64,000 bases of DNA from an uncultured Chloroflexia bacterium (GTDB lineage Bacteria > Chloroflexota > Limnocylindria > Limnocylindrales > CSP1-4): positions 64,001 to 128,000 of the forward strand of contig CAVTHS010000008.1 of NCBI GenBank assembly GCA_963734535.1. Direction: 5' to 3'. Under the pieces are notes generated by a model, which saw nothing but the letters and a program-made list of their open reading frames with translations, did no database searches and had not been told where the DNA came from. Shown here in pieces: positions 30,201 through 39,282 of the stretch; position 1 is the first letter of the stretch, and every line of letters starts with the position of its first letter. The translations under genes were made by a program, and so were the position numbers.

Positions 30201-30482
30201 CTGGCCCGCTGGAGCTCGGCCACCACCGAGGCCGACGCGGCATACAAGCCGTACGAGGATGCATTCAAGGCCTACAAGGACCTCCCGGAGGAGGCCGACG
30301 CCTGGAAGGTCACCGAGATGATCCAGCAGCGCCTCAAGGGCTATCGCGACGAGCTCGACGCCGCCGAGCGCGAGCTCCAGGAGGCCCAGACCCAGCGGAC
30401 GCCCAACCTGGGTGGCGGAAGCACGCCGCCCGACACGACGCCGGAGCCACCGCCGACGCGACGAGAGGGGAACAGGAAATGA
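27279..30482 (+). CDS. Large putative secreted effector/polymorphic toxin with a C-terminal HExxH metallopeptidase
   Basis: LQALAGNRAV...VQR leader; central hydrophobic helices; YHEARHGEQ (29847-61) and a later YKDLPEEADAW. Confidence 0.75.
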   Translation: MDRVMSPASPGPSSDGRGPGAPRRTPARPHSVEPTRSRSAEPARLPEPTPREGAVHARMPAEAHVLAGPVATPAEVFRLQALAGNRAVAGHLQRLTVQREATTPTSSELDAALDAKDKGKVKGWSEFPHLTQGQLTKIVDLITDTWVVGPVDEATLEAAWRAYGPEGSLTEKDHDLWVRCLDRGVSPLRVPWIYELRTQFAQDTRDHAYRTLETNDQYLKDEATTLGVAVDGGGKPAEPAVPAKTQEQQVEDRQKAARLIRDLQRARAALLQIECGYAEPEGHQQADQPMTPSGTRVKFNPDAPPPGKTNGNESPPMARYEELKAADSAADGVISAIASTSPALFAMLAQGNLDAFADATDTSVAQAQVAATFAKVLAAIKETRAKLEPPGADLPFQHLKPVHERLFTDPSKPRWGKPFAKAEAQRYVEDEKGSEAQMQAALGIAALVLLITISIASGGSASIAVTLLSDMVQVGASAASAGMSWEKANTLATAASTTTRSDLALVDKGEADSAQAEAVRDTIFALVDVYGAGKGLVKAAMTGMEAKAALAGLRATQADVSKLRGLEQLSVAERETTLGAAIERDGVAATLAKSGKSAQDLLALVSKEGAAGTRLGQYVAMLAKNGGAALKELAPRLGKLTELTAKEADEAVSTGLEFFGPGRTLEMAGGFETLQAKVGHGAPSLARIETWRDGLKRDLGTFLEERRAGSRGTGAATDVASKSGAMTSSAAATAEDLQAARAFVAARSGVGASRVDEILQMGLASAEQLEKYAAAGPGVHALFESAATREARAEALLRLVNERLGERGIPPATYGFQKEAGASFEWKEWRVNFNDELLRKPRLEPKEFTELLEHAYHEARHGEQFFMMARAQAGDEATLAFITKKLGLPEKVARLAHDDPLWRDAPGFDDAMKWFESIYGAGKEARSVTLKTLTSTEKDYLSKRATQELAESNYKEVQAALQGGTATAASKDRALARWSSATTEADAAYKPYEDAFKAYKDLPEEADAWKVTEMIQQRLKGYRDELDAAERELQEAQTQRTPNLGGGSTPPDTTPEPPPTRREGNRK

Positions 30483-30898
30483 CCCGTCGACCCGCTGCCG
30501 GGCCAGCGCTGACGGCGATCGTCGGGTCGGCGCTCGCCGCGCTGCACGACCACCCCGGGGATCCACTCGCCGTCGCCGGCGTCTTCGGCCCGGTGGCCGA
30601 GGTCGGCGCAGGCGAGCCCCCCGTTCACGTCCTCGTCGACCAGGTGGTTGCGGTCCCCGGCGCGGCGATGGCCCAGGTGATCCGAAGCGACGCCGGGTTC
30701 GACGTCGTCCTCGACCTCCGGGGGATCGAGGGTCGGGTCGAGCAGCTGGTCCGGGCATTCGGCCCGTCCGATCCCGACTTCGGCTTCCGCGGCGAGTCGA
30801 TCTTCACCTGGCCGCTCGACGATCGGGCGAGCCTGGTGGCGTACTCGGACGACGGCTCGCTGGTGAATCGCATCGTGGTCCGCGAGGGCCGTCGCTGA
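30479..30898 (+). CDS. Hypothetical 139-aa protein, candidate immunity protein
   Basis: ATGA overlap with the toxin-like gene; ends ...SIFTWPLDDRASLVAYSDDGSLVNRIVV. Confidence 0.65.
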   Translation: MTRRPAAGPALTAIVGSALAALHDHPGDPLAVAGVFGPVAEVGAGEPPVHVLVDQVVAVPGAAMAQVIRSDAGFDVVLDLRGIEGRVEQLVRAFGPSDPDFGFRGESIFTWPLDDRASLVAYSDDGSLVNRIVVREGRR

Positions 30899-31215
30899 GC
30901 GTGCTCCATTCCCCGGGCTGACGGCTTGACGGGCCGGGAGCCGTCGGTGCTGCACTGCCGACGCCCAGCCGGCTGCAGCGATGCGCTGCCGCCGTCTGCC
31001 CGCAACGGGCATGCCGAAGGAAGATGGCGCCCTGGCCCGCGTGCGACACCGACTCGGAGGCTGCATCACAGCCACCCATGGCCGCCGGACGTCCGGCGGC
31101 CCCGCGACGCGCCGGCCACCCGCAGTGGTGGTGGTAGGGTGAGCGAACCTCCCGGGCGCCGGGTCGTGCCGACCAGCGGCCGGCCCGCCTGGGACGCTGG
31201 ACGCACACGGTCGCC

Positions 31216-32148
31216 ATGACGTCCCCGCCGTTTCGGGTCGAACCCGTCCCCGTTCGCGGCACCGGCCGCGGGCCGATCGTGATCGCCGCCATCGCGGCGA
31301 CGCTGGTTGCCGTCTCGATTGTCAAGCCGTGGCCGGGCGCCGATCCCGGTACGGCGGATTCGTCGCGGGAAGTCGTTTCGCCGGCTGCGGTCGCGGTGAA
31401 CCCCGTGGTCGACGCGCCGCCCGCACCCCCCTCGCCGGGCAACGCCTCCCCCTCGGCAGGCTTCAGCTCCCGCTCGCCGGCCAACCTGGGGCCTTCCCAG
31501 GGGATCGCCGCTGCGGTGCGGGCACCACTCGCGCCGGGTCAGGTCGCCTGCGGCTCGTCCGGATGGGGTCTCGTCACGCTGGGGAGCCTCCTGCGTTGGA
31601 CGGTCCGGACGTTGACCGCAATCACGCCAGTCGAGGCCTGGGGTCCCGGCGATCCCTCCATCCCCGTCCTCTCTCTGGGTGAATCGGACGTAGCCGGACT
31701 GGGCGCCTGCGCTCCATCGGTCTCTCCCGCGTCCGGGCAGGCGAGCAGGATCGTCGAAGCGTGGCGACGGAGCCCGGCTGGCACCATGACGACAACGGGT
31801 GCGGCGACGCCTCCCGGCCCCACGTCACTTTCGGGCGCCACAACGCCACTCTCGGGCACGGCCACGCTACGTTCGGGTGCGGCAGCGCCGGCGGCTCCTT
31901 GGGGCGCCGCGGCGCCCTCGGGCACGGCCATGACGTGGGAGCGCGTCACGCTCGCCCAGCTCGACCCGCTGCCGTCCGGCGGTCCGGCCGTCACCCGCCG
32001 GACGCCGGTGAGCGTCACCGAGCTGTCCCGCCCGGTTCCCGCGTCGCAGCACGGGCGCTGGCCTGCCGGGCGGTACGTCCTGGTTCTCGCGTCCCCGGAC
32101 GCGGGCGCGGACCGCTGGATCGTCGTCGATATCGACGGGGCAACGTAG
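31216..32148 (+). CDS. Membrane-anchored extracytoplasmic hypothetical protein
   Basis: TM ending in VKPW, Pro/Ala linker, two Cys, C-terminal WPAGRYVLVL. Confidence 0.7.
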   Translation: MTSPPFRVEPVPVRGTGRGPIVIAAIAATLVAVSIVKPWPGADPGTADSSREVVSPAAVAVNPVVDAPPAPPSPGNASPSAGFSSRSPANLGPSQGIAAAVRAPLAPGQVACGSSGWGLVTLGSLLRWTVRTLTAITPVEAWGPGDPSIPVLSLGESDVAGLGACAPSVSPASGQASRIVEAWRRSPAGTMTTTGAATPPGPTSLSGATTPLSGTATLRSGAAAPAAPWGAAAPSGTAMTWERVTLAQLDPLPSGGPAVTRRTPVSVTELSRPVPASQHGRWPAGRYVLVLASPDAGADRWIVVDIDGAT

Positions 32149-32235
32149 CGCGAGGAAGTGGGGGCGCCAGCAGCGAGCTTCGTTGCCGGGATTCGCCGTG
32201 GGCAGCCCCGATGGCGGCCGGCACGTCGCCCATCC

Positions 32236-33807
32236 TCACCCGGCCAGCCGGGAGTCCGAGAGGCAGCGCCGGATCGCGTCCAGCGAGCGGTCGACGTCGT
32301 CCGCCCGGGTCCACCAGTTGCTGACCGAGATCCGCATGACCGCCCTGCCGTGCCAGGTCCCGCCTCCGAACCACGCGGTGCCGTCGGCCTGGAGGCGCGC
32401 GACGACATCGCGCGTTCGATCGTCCGAATCGTCGAAGCGGATCAGCGCCTGGTTGAGCACGACCTCGTTGAGAACCTCGGTGCCGGGATCGGCGGCCAAC
32501 CCTTCCGCGAAGCGACGAGCCAGCTCGCAGCAGCGCTCGACGAGCTCCACGACCCCCGATCGTCCGAGCGAGCGCAGCGCCGCGTAGACCGGGAACCCGC
32601 GCGCGCGCCGCGACAGCTCCGGGACGAAGTCGCCGGGGTCGCGCTCGGCGCCGGTGTTGAACGGCAGGTACGACGCGTTCATCCCCATCGCCGCGCGGTG
32701 CGCTTCCGGGTCGCGCACGAACACGAGCCCGCAGTCGTACGGGACGTTGAGCCACTTGTGCGCATCGGTGGACCAGGAGTCCGCCCCCTCGTACCCGGCG
32801 ATCCGGTGGCGAAGCGACGGCACGGCGGCCGCCCAGAGCCCGAACGCCCCGTCGATGTGGATCCACGCGTCGGGCCGGAGCTCGCGCACGACGGCGATCG
32901 CGGCGGCGAGCGGGTCGAACGAGCCGCTGTTCACGTTCCCGGCCTGCAGGCACACGATCGTCGGACCGCTCGACCGGCCCAGGATCGTTCGCAGCGCGTC
33001 GAGGCGGATCCGTCCCTCCTGGTCGGCGGCGACGCGGAGCGGCGCCTTCTCGCCGAAGCCCAGCAGCCGGAGCCCGAGGAACACGGTGACGTGGGCATCC
33101 TCGCCGATCACGACCGAGACGCGGGGGCCGCCGTGCAGGCCGTCTGCCTCGACGTCCCAGCCGACCCGCCGCAGGACGGCGTCGCGCGCCGCCGCGAGCC
33201 CGGTGAAGTTCGCCATCGTGGCGCCAGTGGTGAAGCCAACCGAGGTGCCGCCGGGCAGGCCGAGCAGCTCGACGAGCCAGTGGGCGGCGATCGTCTCGAC
33301 GGCCGCGGCCGCGGGCGACGAGACCGCCGACGGCGAGTTCTGGTCCCACGCGCTCGTCAGCCAGTCGGCGGCCAGTGCGGCGGGGAGACTGCCGCCGATC
33401 ACGAACCCGAAGAAGCGCGGACCCGGCATCGCCATCAGCCCGGGCGGGACGTCACGCGCGAGGGTCTCGATGATCGCGCCGGCCGGCTCGCCGTGCGCCG
33501 GCATCAGACCCCCGAGCGCCTCCTGGATCGCCGCGGCGGCGACACGCGGCGCAACCGGACGACCCGCCAGGCCGGCGCGATGCTCGATCGCGAGCTCGGC
33601 GGTCCGGCGGAGCAGGTCGGCCGTCCCCTCGTCCGGATCGACCGGCCGGGCGGGAGCGTCGTCGGCCTGCCGGGCGCCCACGTCGCCGGGCGTGTCGTCG
33701 GCGAGCCGGGCGGCCGGCGCGTCGTCGGCCAGCCGGGAACGCGCGTCGTCGGCGGGCGTGTCGTCGGCGCGCCGGGCGGCCGGCGCGTCGTCGGGGGTGT
33801 CGTCCAT
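32236..33807 (-). CDS. Group II PLP-dependent amino-acid decarboxylase
   Basis: PRFFGFVIGG, TTGATMAN, WIHIDGAFG and STDAHKWLNVPYDCG. Confidence 0.93.
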   Translation of the reverse strand: MDDTPDDAPAARRADDTPADDARSRLADDAPAARLADDTPGDVGARQADDAPARPVDPDEGTADLLRRTAELAIEHRAGLAGRPVAPRVAAAAIQEALGGLMPAHGEPAGAIIETLARDVPPGLMAMPGPRFFGFVIGGSLPAALAADWLTSAWDQNSPSAVSSPAAAAVETIAAHWLVELLGLPGGTSVGFTTGATMANFTGLAAARDAVLRRVGWDVEADGLHGGPRVSVVIGEDAHVTVFLGLRLLGFGEKAPLRVAADQEGRIRLDALRTILGRSSGPTIVCLQAGNVNSGSFDPLAAAIAVVRELRPDAWIHIDGAFGLWAAAVPSLRHRIAGYEGADSWSTDAHKWLNVPYDCGLVFVRDPEAHRAAMGMNASYLPFNTGAERDPGDFVPELSRRARGFPVYAALRSLGRSGVVELVERCCELARRFAEGLAADPGTEVLNEVVLNQALIRFDDSDDRTRDVVARLQADGTAWFGGGTWHGRAVMRISVSNWWTRADDVDRSLDAIRRCLSDSRLAG

Positions 33808-33929
33808 ATCCACCTCGCGTGCAGCCCCGTGCTGGACGGGTGTGTCGCCAATCATCGCGGCGCGGGGCGCCGGGGTCCAGCCCCTGTACGTCGGCGCCGG
33901 GGGCACGGACCGACCAGGGGCGCACAGCG

Positions 33930-34075
33930 CGCGGCATGCGGCGAGGCGGCGCGCGGCGTGGGCGAGGCGGCGTGGGCGAGGCGGCGCCGCCGCGTGCGCG
34001 TGCGGCGAGGCGGCGTGCGGCGTGCGGCGGCGTGGGCGTGCGGCGTGAGGCGGCGTGGGCGTGCGGCGTGCGCGT
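33930..34075. repeat. Low-complexity GGCGTGC/GGCGAGGC tandem repeat
   Basis: Directly visible. Confidence 0.8.
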
Positions 34076-34233
34076 CGGGCCAACACCTTGTGTCAGCAAG
34101 CAGCCGGGCAAATCCGGGGACTGGAATTGTCACCGATTACGGCTGCGCCGACGATCCCGGGCGCGCGTCCGGAGCGTGGAACGGCCGCATGCGGCGGGTG
34201 GCAACAGCCCGCGGCCCGGACGGAGCCGACCTC

Positions 34234-34350
34234 GCAGCAGCCCGGCTGATATGTGGCATGAAGGGCCGGGGGCAACCCGAGCAGCCCGGCATATCTGGCA
34301 CGAAGCGGCCGCGGGAGCAACCCGTAGCAGCCCGGCCGATTTCTGTCACG
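34234..34350 (+). repeat. ~45-bp-period array, 3 units, same core as 25183-25363
   Basis: GCAGCCCGGCTGATATGTGGCAT / GCAGCCCGGCATATCTGGCAC / GCAGCCCGGCCGATTTCTGTCAC. Confidence 0.75.
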
Positions 34351-34493
34351 GAGTAGCCCCTGGGGCCGGACATCCGCGGATGGATGGCCGTGACCGGACC
34401 ATTGACGCCTGTTCGGACGATCGCGTGGCGCAGACAGTGGGAACGTCCCGGGATCCCACCGGGGGTCCCCGTCACGAGGTCGCCGCGTCGCCC

Positions 34494-37379
34494 ATGATCC
34501 GCGCCCGCCACCTGCCCATCCGCCGGACAGTGCCGCTGCCGGACGGGGCACGGCCGCCGGAAGCCGCGCGACACGTGCCGGACGGGGCACGGCCGCTGCC
34601 GGACGGGGCGCATCCCGAGCCGTATCGGCGCCTGGACGGCCGCAGCGTCGACGGCCGCAGCCTGGGCCTCGACCGGTTCCTGGTCGCCCTCGCGGCCCTT
34701 GGCTGGATCATCACCGTCGCATGGCTGGTGGCCGGCCTTGGAGACGATGCCGCGCGGCGAGTCGTCTCGGATGTCGGCGAGACCACGCTGGACCTGCTGG
34801 CGGCCGCGCTGGTCATCCGGGCCGGCCAGCGAATCGGCGTCCGACGGATCCGCCGCGGCTGGATCGTCGTCGGGGTCGCGATGCTCGTCTACGCCGTCGG
34901 TGACGGCACGTGGGCCTGGCTCGACATCACCGGCGGGAGCACGACCTCCCCGTCCCTGGCCGACGCGGCGTACGTCCTGTACTACCCGATCATCGTGGCC
35001 GCCCTCTTCATGTTCCAGCGTTCCTCGTCGGCCAAGCGCGATACGCTGCGCCTGACGATCGACTCGCTGATCGTGGTCATCGGCGGCGGCATCGTCGTCT
35101 GGCACACGCTCTTCCGGCCTGTCCTCACGTCACTGGACCCGGATCCCGTGAGCGCGGCACTCGCGCTGGGCTACCCGATCGGCGATCTCGTGCTCCTGTT
35201 CGGCGTCGCCGCGACCGCGCTGCGCCACCCGCCCGAGATCGATGTGCGGGCCCTGGTGGCGCTGGTCGGCGGTCTCGGGCTCATGTTCGTCGCCGACGTC
35301 GGCTACGGGCAGCTCAACCTCGTCGGGTCGTTCGGCTACGAGCGCTGGCCGGACATCATCTACCTGAGCTCGACGCTGATGATCGCCCTGGCCGGGTACT
35401 TCCAGGCGCATCCGTCCGCGTCGGATGACGGCCGCGGGACCACGCTCAGTCGCTGGCTCCTTGCGCTGCCGTACGTCGCGCTGGCGGCCGGCTACTGGGT
35501 CCTGATCAGCCTTGCCCTGGGCCAGGTGACAGGCGAGCTCATGGAGGTCCTCTACGGAGCCGTCGTGTTGACCGGGGTGGTCCTGGTCCGCCAGGAGCTC
35601 GTGCTCCGCGACAACAGCCGTTTGCTCGCCGAGCACGCCCGCCTCGTCTCGGAGGATCGCTTCCGGGCCCTCTCCGCCAACGCGTCGGATGCGGTCGTGC
35701 TCGTCGACCGCGCGGGTCTCGTGACCGACGCCACGCCGCAGGTCGGGCGCGTCCTCGGCATCGACGTCGCCCAGCTGGTCGGCCGACCGATCTCCCGGTT
35801 CGTGCATGCCGATGACGCCGGTCGCGTGGAGCAATTCATCGCGGACGTTGCCGCCGGACGCTCCGTCCCCGGGCCGCTCGAGTGGCGCCTGTGGGACCGG
35901 ACGGGCGTCTGGCGCCAGATGGAGACCGTCGCAGCGAACCTCCTCGACGATCCCTCGGTCGGCCAGATCGTGCTGACGACGCGCGACGTCCGGGAACGCA
36001 AGACGCTCGAGCGGCAGCTCACCCAGGTGGCACTTCACGATCTCCTCACCGATCTCCCGAACCGCACGCTGTTCCGCGACCGCCTGGGCCAGGCGCTCGC
36101 GAGCGCCTCCGAGGCCGATCGAAGCACCACCGTCCTCTCGATCGGGCTTGATGGCTTCAAGCGGGTGAACGACAGCCTGGGGCATCCCGTGGGAGACCAG
36201 GTCCTCCAGGAGGTCGCCCGGCGGCTTCGGGCGTCGGTCGGCGCCGCCGACACGTGCGGACGCCTGGGCGGCGATGAGTTCGGGGTCCTTCTCGACGGCG
36301 ACGCGCCGGCCGGGGCCGGGATGGCCGCAGCAGAGCGCACCCTGGCCGCGATCCGGGAGCCGATCGACATCCCCGGGCTGCCCACCCACGTGACCGCGAG
36401 CCTGGGCCTCTCCACCGCCGCCCCGGGTGACGCCGACGCGCGCACGCTCCTGCGAAGGGCGGATATGGCCCGGTCCGTCGCACGGAACGAGGGCGGCGAC
36501 CGGGCCGTCGTCTTCGAGCCGGCCATGCGCGAAGCCGTGCAGGCCCGGTTCGAGCTGGAGCTCGAGCTGCGTCGCGCCATCGACCAGGCCGAGTTCGTGC
36601 TCAACTACCAGCCGATCGTGGATCTGCAGACCGGAGATCTCGTCGGCGCGGAAGCCCTCATCCGGTGGGAACATCCGACGCTCGGGCGGATCGCCCCCAG
36701 CGTGTTCATCCCGCTCGCCGAGGAGTCGGGGCTGATCGACGAGATCGGTACGTGGGTGCTGCGCACCGCGTGCGTCGAGGTCGCGCGGTGGGCCCAGCTG
36801 TCCTCGGGGCGGGTGCCCCGCGTGTCGATCAACCTGTCGGCGCACCAGCTCGCCGACCCGCAGCTCGCATGGACGGTCCAGGCGGCCCTGGCCCACGCCA
36901 GCGCGACGCCCAGCTGGGTCACCCTCGAGCTCACCGAGAGCATGCTCATGGTGAACAGCTCCGCTTCCCTCGAACGGCTGCACGCCATCCGCGCCCTCGG
37001 CGTCCAGATCGCGATCGACGACTTCGGGACCGGGTACTCGTCCCTCGCCTACCTGGAGCAGTTCCCGATCACCCAGATCAAGATCGACCGCTCGTTCGTG
37101 ACGCCGCTCGACGATCCGCAACGGGGCGACGGCGTCGTCCACGCGATCATCGAGATCGGGGGTGCGCTCGGACTCACGACCGTCGCCGAGGGGATCGAGA
37201 CGCGGACCGAGCTGCGCCGCCTGCGCGACCTGGGCTGCCCGCTCGGCCAGGGCTACCTCTTCTCGAGACCACTGGAGCGCGACGCCATGGCGGAGCTCGT
37301 CGCGCGCACGGGCGGGCCGGCGTTCGCGAGCGTGGCCGCGCTCGGCAGAGCGCCGGCTATGGTGGCGGTTCGGGCATAG
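34494..37379 (+). CDS. Membrane-bound PAS-GGDEF-EAL c-di-GMP enzyme
   Basis: About 10 TM, PAS, HDLLTDLPNR, RLGGDEF, AEALIRW and IDDFGTGYSS. Confidence 0.93.
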   Translation: MIRARHLPIRRTVPLPDGARPPEAARHVPDGARPLPDGAHPEPYRRLDGRSVDGRSLGLDRFLVALAALGWIITVAWLVAGLGDDAARRVVSDVGETTLDLLAAALVIRAGQRIGVRRIRRGWIVVGVAMLVYAVGDGTWAWLDITGGSTTSPSLADAAYVLYYPIIVAALFMFQRSSSAKRDTLRLTIDSLIVVIGGGIVVWHTLFRPVLTSLDPDPVSAALALGYPIGDLVLLFGVAATALRHPPEIDVRALVALVGGLGLMFVADVGYGQLNLVGSFGYERWPDIIYLSSTLMIALAGYFQAHPSASDDGRGTTLSRWLLALPYVALAAGYWVLISLALGQVTGELMEVLYGAVVLTGVVLVRQELVLRDNSRLLAEHARLVSEDRFRALSANASDAVVLVDRAGLVTDATPQVGRVLGIDVAQLVGRPISRFVHADDAGRVEQFIADVAAGRSVPGPLEWRLWDRTGVWRQMETVAANLLDDPSVGQIVLTTRDVRERKTLERQLTQVALHDLLTDLPNRTLFRDRLGQALASASEADRSTTVLSIGLDGFKRVNDSLGHPVGDQVLQEVARRLRASVGAADTCGRLGGDEFGVLLDGDAPAGAGMAAAERTLAAIREPIDIPGLPTHVTASLGLSTAAPGDADARTLLRRADMARSVARNEGGDRAVVFEPAMREAVQARFELELELRRAIDQAEFVLNYQPIVDLQTGDLVGAEALIRWEHPTLGRIAPSVFIPLAEESGLIDEIGTWVLRTACVEVARWAQLSSGRVPRVSINLSAHQLADPQLAWTVQAALAHASATPSWVTLELTESMLMVNSSASLERLHAIRALGVQIAIDDFGTGYSSLAYLEQFPITQIKIDRSFVTPLDDPQRGDGVVHAIIEIGGALGLTTVAEGIETRTELRRLRDLGCPLGQGYLFSRPLERDAMAELVARTGGPAFASVAALGRAPAMVAVRA

Positions 37380-37405
37380 GGGCGATTCGGCCGGCCGGCG
37401 CTCCG

Positions 37406-37801
37406 TCAGCCGGGGGTCGTCGCCCGTTCGTGGTCGGCTTCGTCCGCGTCCGCGTCCGCCTTCGTCCGGTGGATGGTGCCCGGGGCATGCTCGGGCGGGG
37501 CGTAGACCGTGTACAGGCGCATGTCGCCGGAGCCGGTGTTGACGAAGTTGTGTCGGGTTCCGGCCGGGACGTGGACGAGGCGACCGGGCCCGACGATGCT
37601 CCGTTCGCCGTCGAGGATCGCGGCCCCCTCTCCCGCCACGAACACCAGGACCTGGTCGACGTCCGGATGAACCTCATCGCCGATGTCGCCGCCGGGAGGG
37701 ATGCTCATGACCACGACCTGGCTGTGCCGGGCGGTGGAGAGAACCTCCCGGAAGAGCGAGTTCTTCAACGCCCGCGCGACGATGTCCTCGTTGAATGGCA
37801 C
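37406..37801 (-). CDS. Cupin-domain protein
   Basis: DIGDEVHPDVDQ...VPAGTRHNFVN...LYTVYAPPEH. Confidence 0.92.
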   Translation of the reverse strand: MPFNEDIVARALKNSLFREVLSTARHSQVVVMSIPPGGDIGDEVHPDVDQVLVFVAGEGAAILDGERSIVGPGRLVHVPAGTRHNFVNTGSGDMRLYTVYAPPEHAPGTIHRTKADADADEADHERATTPG

Positions 37802-37860
37802 GTCAGGCCCCTCTCGTCCCGTTCACGGCCGGTCGGTCCGGCAACGGCCGGTGGTTCATC

Positions 37861-37955
37861 CGGCCGAACAGCGCCGTTGCGCCCGACCGGCGCCGAGGCG
37901 GCCGAACAGCGCCGCTGCGCCCGATCGGCGCCGAGGCGGCCGATCAGCGCCGCGG
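37861..37955. repeat. 38-bp tandem repeat, 2.5 copies, overlapping the stop of the 37944..38351 gene
   Basis: CGGCCGAACAGCGCCG(T/C)TGCGCCCGA(C/T)CGGCGCCGAGG. Confidence 0.85.
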
Positions 37956-38351
37956 CGGCCGCCGGTCATCGATGAAGCGGCCGGTAGGGGCCACGGTCGT
38001 GTCCTGCGGGAACAGTCCAAACCGGATCGCGTGGCTCGCCCAGTCGGGGTCGGCCGGATCCCAGGTCTGCGTCGACGCGCCCGAAGCGTCGACCTGGGAG
38101 ATCGAGCCATCCGCCCGCAGGACCAGCTTGCCGCCATCGGCCAGGTCGATCTCGCGATGCTTGAACCTGCGGCCGTGCGCCGCCGGGCTCGGCGAGGGGT
38201 GCGCCGCGTCCGGCGCCGCAGCGCACGTCGGCATTCGCCGGCATCCGGCGCCACAGCGGCCATTCGGCGCCGCAACGCCGGTCGGCATGCCGCAGCGCGC
38301 GTTCGGCGCGGGACGCGGCGAGGGCCTGGTCGGCTTCGGGTCGGTGCTCAT
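37944..38351 (-). CDS. Hypothetical protein with a Cys-containing N-terminus
   Basis: AGGAG RBS; C-terminal half FKHREIDLADGGKLVL...DWASHAIRFGL looks folded. Confidence 0.55.
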   Translation of the reverse strand: MSTDPKPTRPSPRPAPNARCGMPTGVAAPNGRCGAGCRRMPTCAAAPDAAHPSPSPAAHGRRFKHREIDLADGGKLVLRADGSISQVDASGASTQTWDPADPDWASHAIRFGLFPQDTTVAPTGRFIDDRRPPRR

Positions 38352-38421
38352 GGGGTCGTCTCCTGCATGCCTCCAGCATGCGCCCGCACGGCCCGGAGCG
38401 CACGCCGCGACACGCGGGCGA

Positions 38422-39213
38422 TCAGGGGGTCGGCTCCCGGCCCGGCTCCCCCGAAGACTCCTCGAGCTCCTCGTATTCGACCACCGTCCGGAAACCCATC
38501 CGCTCGTAGAGCGGCCGGCCGAGGGCGCTCGCCTGGAGGATGACGACCTCCACGCCGGGAGCAGCGTCCGCGATAGCGCCCCATGTCATGGCGGTCCCGT
38601 AGCCGCGCCCGCGGGCTGCCTCGATGGTCGCGACGTTGTAGATGCCCAGGATCTCGTCCGTGCGGACTGCCAGGCTCGCTGCCACCGGGAAGCCGTTCTC
38701 GGTCCCGATGTACGCGCGAACGTCCGGGTTCGCGAGCAGCGACGGCGGGAGCAGCCGTTCGACCATATCCGGCGGCATGCCGAAGCCCGCCGCGGCAACC
38801 GCCCGGTGGTCGGCCAGCCGCGCCTCGTCGGTGGCACGTCGGATGGAGAGAGCCCCAGGCGGTTCCGGCGCTCGTCCCGGCGACATGGCCATGCCGGGCA
38901 GCGTCCCGGTCCACGCGAGGCCGAGGCCCTCCGCGGCCGTCCGCGTCGTGGGGCCGAGATCGGTCCGCAGGTGGACCGTGAACGGGACGCCGAGCTCGCG
39001 GAACAGGGCGACTGCCGATTCGAGGTCCCGTGCGCCGGCGGGCAGCGGCTCGGTCACGAACGCGGCGTTGAAGAAGGCCAGCGGAAGCATCGTGGCCGCG
39101 ACCGGGACGCTGCCGATCGTGCGGACGAGCGCGCCGTCGACGCCTCCGGTCAGCGCCATGAATGTCGCGATGAAGCTCCGGTCCACCGCCGCCGCCTCGT
39201 GTCTCCGGTCCAT
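38422..39213 (-). CDS. GNAT N-acetyltransferase
   Basis: GIYNVATIEAARGRGYG...LQASALGRPLYERMGF. Confidence 0.92.
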   Translation of the reverse strand: MDRRHEAAAVDRSFIATFMALTGGVDGALVRTIGSVPVAATMLPLAFFNAAFVTEPLPAGARDLESAVALFRELGVPFTVHLRTDLGPTTRTAAEGLGLAWTGTLPGMAMSPGRAPEPPGALSIRRATDEARLADHRAVAAAGFGMPPDMVERLLPPSLLANPDVRAYIGTENGFPVAASLAVRTDEILGIYNVATIEAARGRGYGTAMTWGAIADAAPGVEVVILQASALGRPLYERMGFRTVVEYEELEESSGEPGREPTP

Positions 39214-39282
39214 CTTCCTTCCCCATCGGTCGCCGGCGTTTCGGGGAGTCTCGCCAGCGGCTGGTCGGACGTCAACGGCATG

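Noticed and set aside
27273-30758. 1161-aa minus-strand ORF and many other long overlapping ORFs (e.g. 9..1244, 9734..12115, 52381..54735, 56564..59365)
   Set aside because: Antisense or alternate-frame shadows of real genes, expected in very GC-rich DNA; Arg/Pro/Gly-rich with no motifs.
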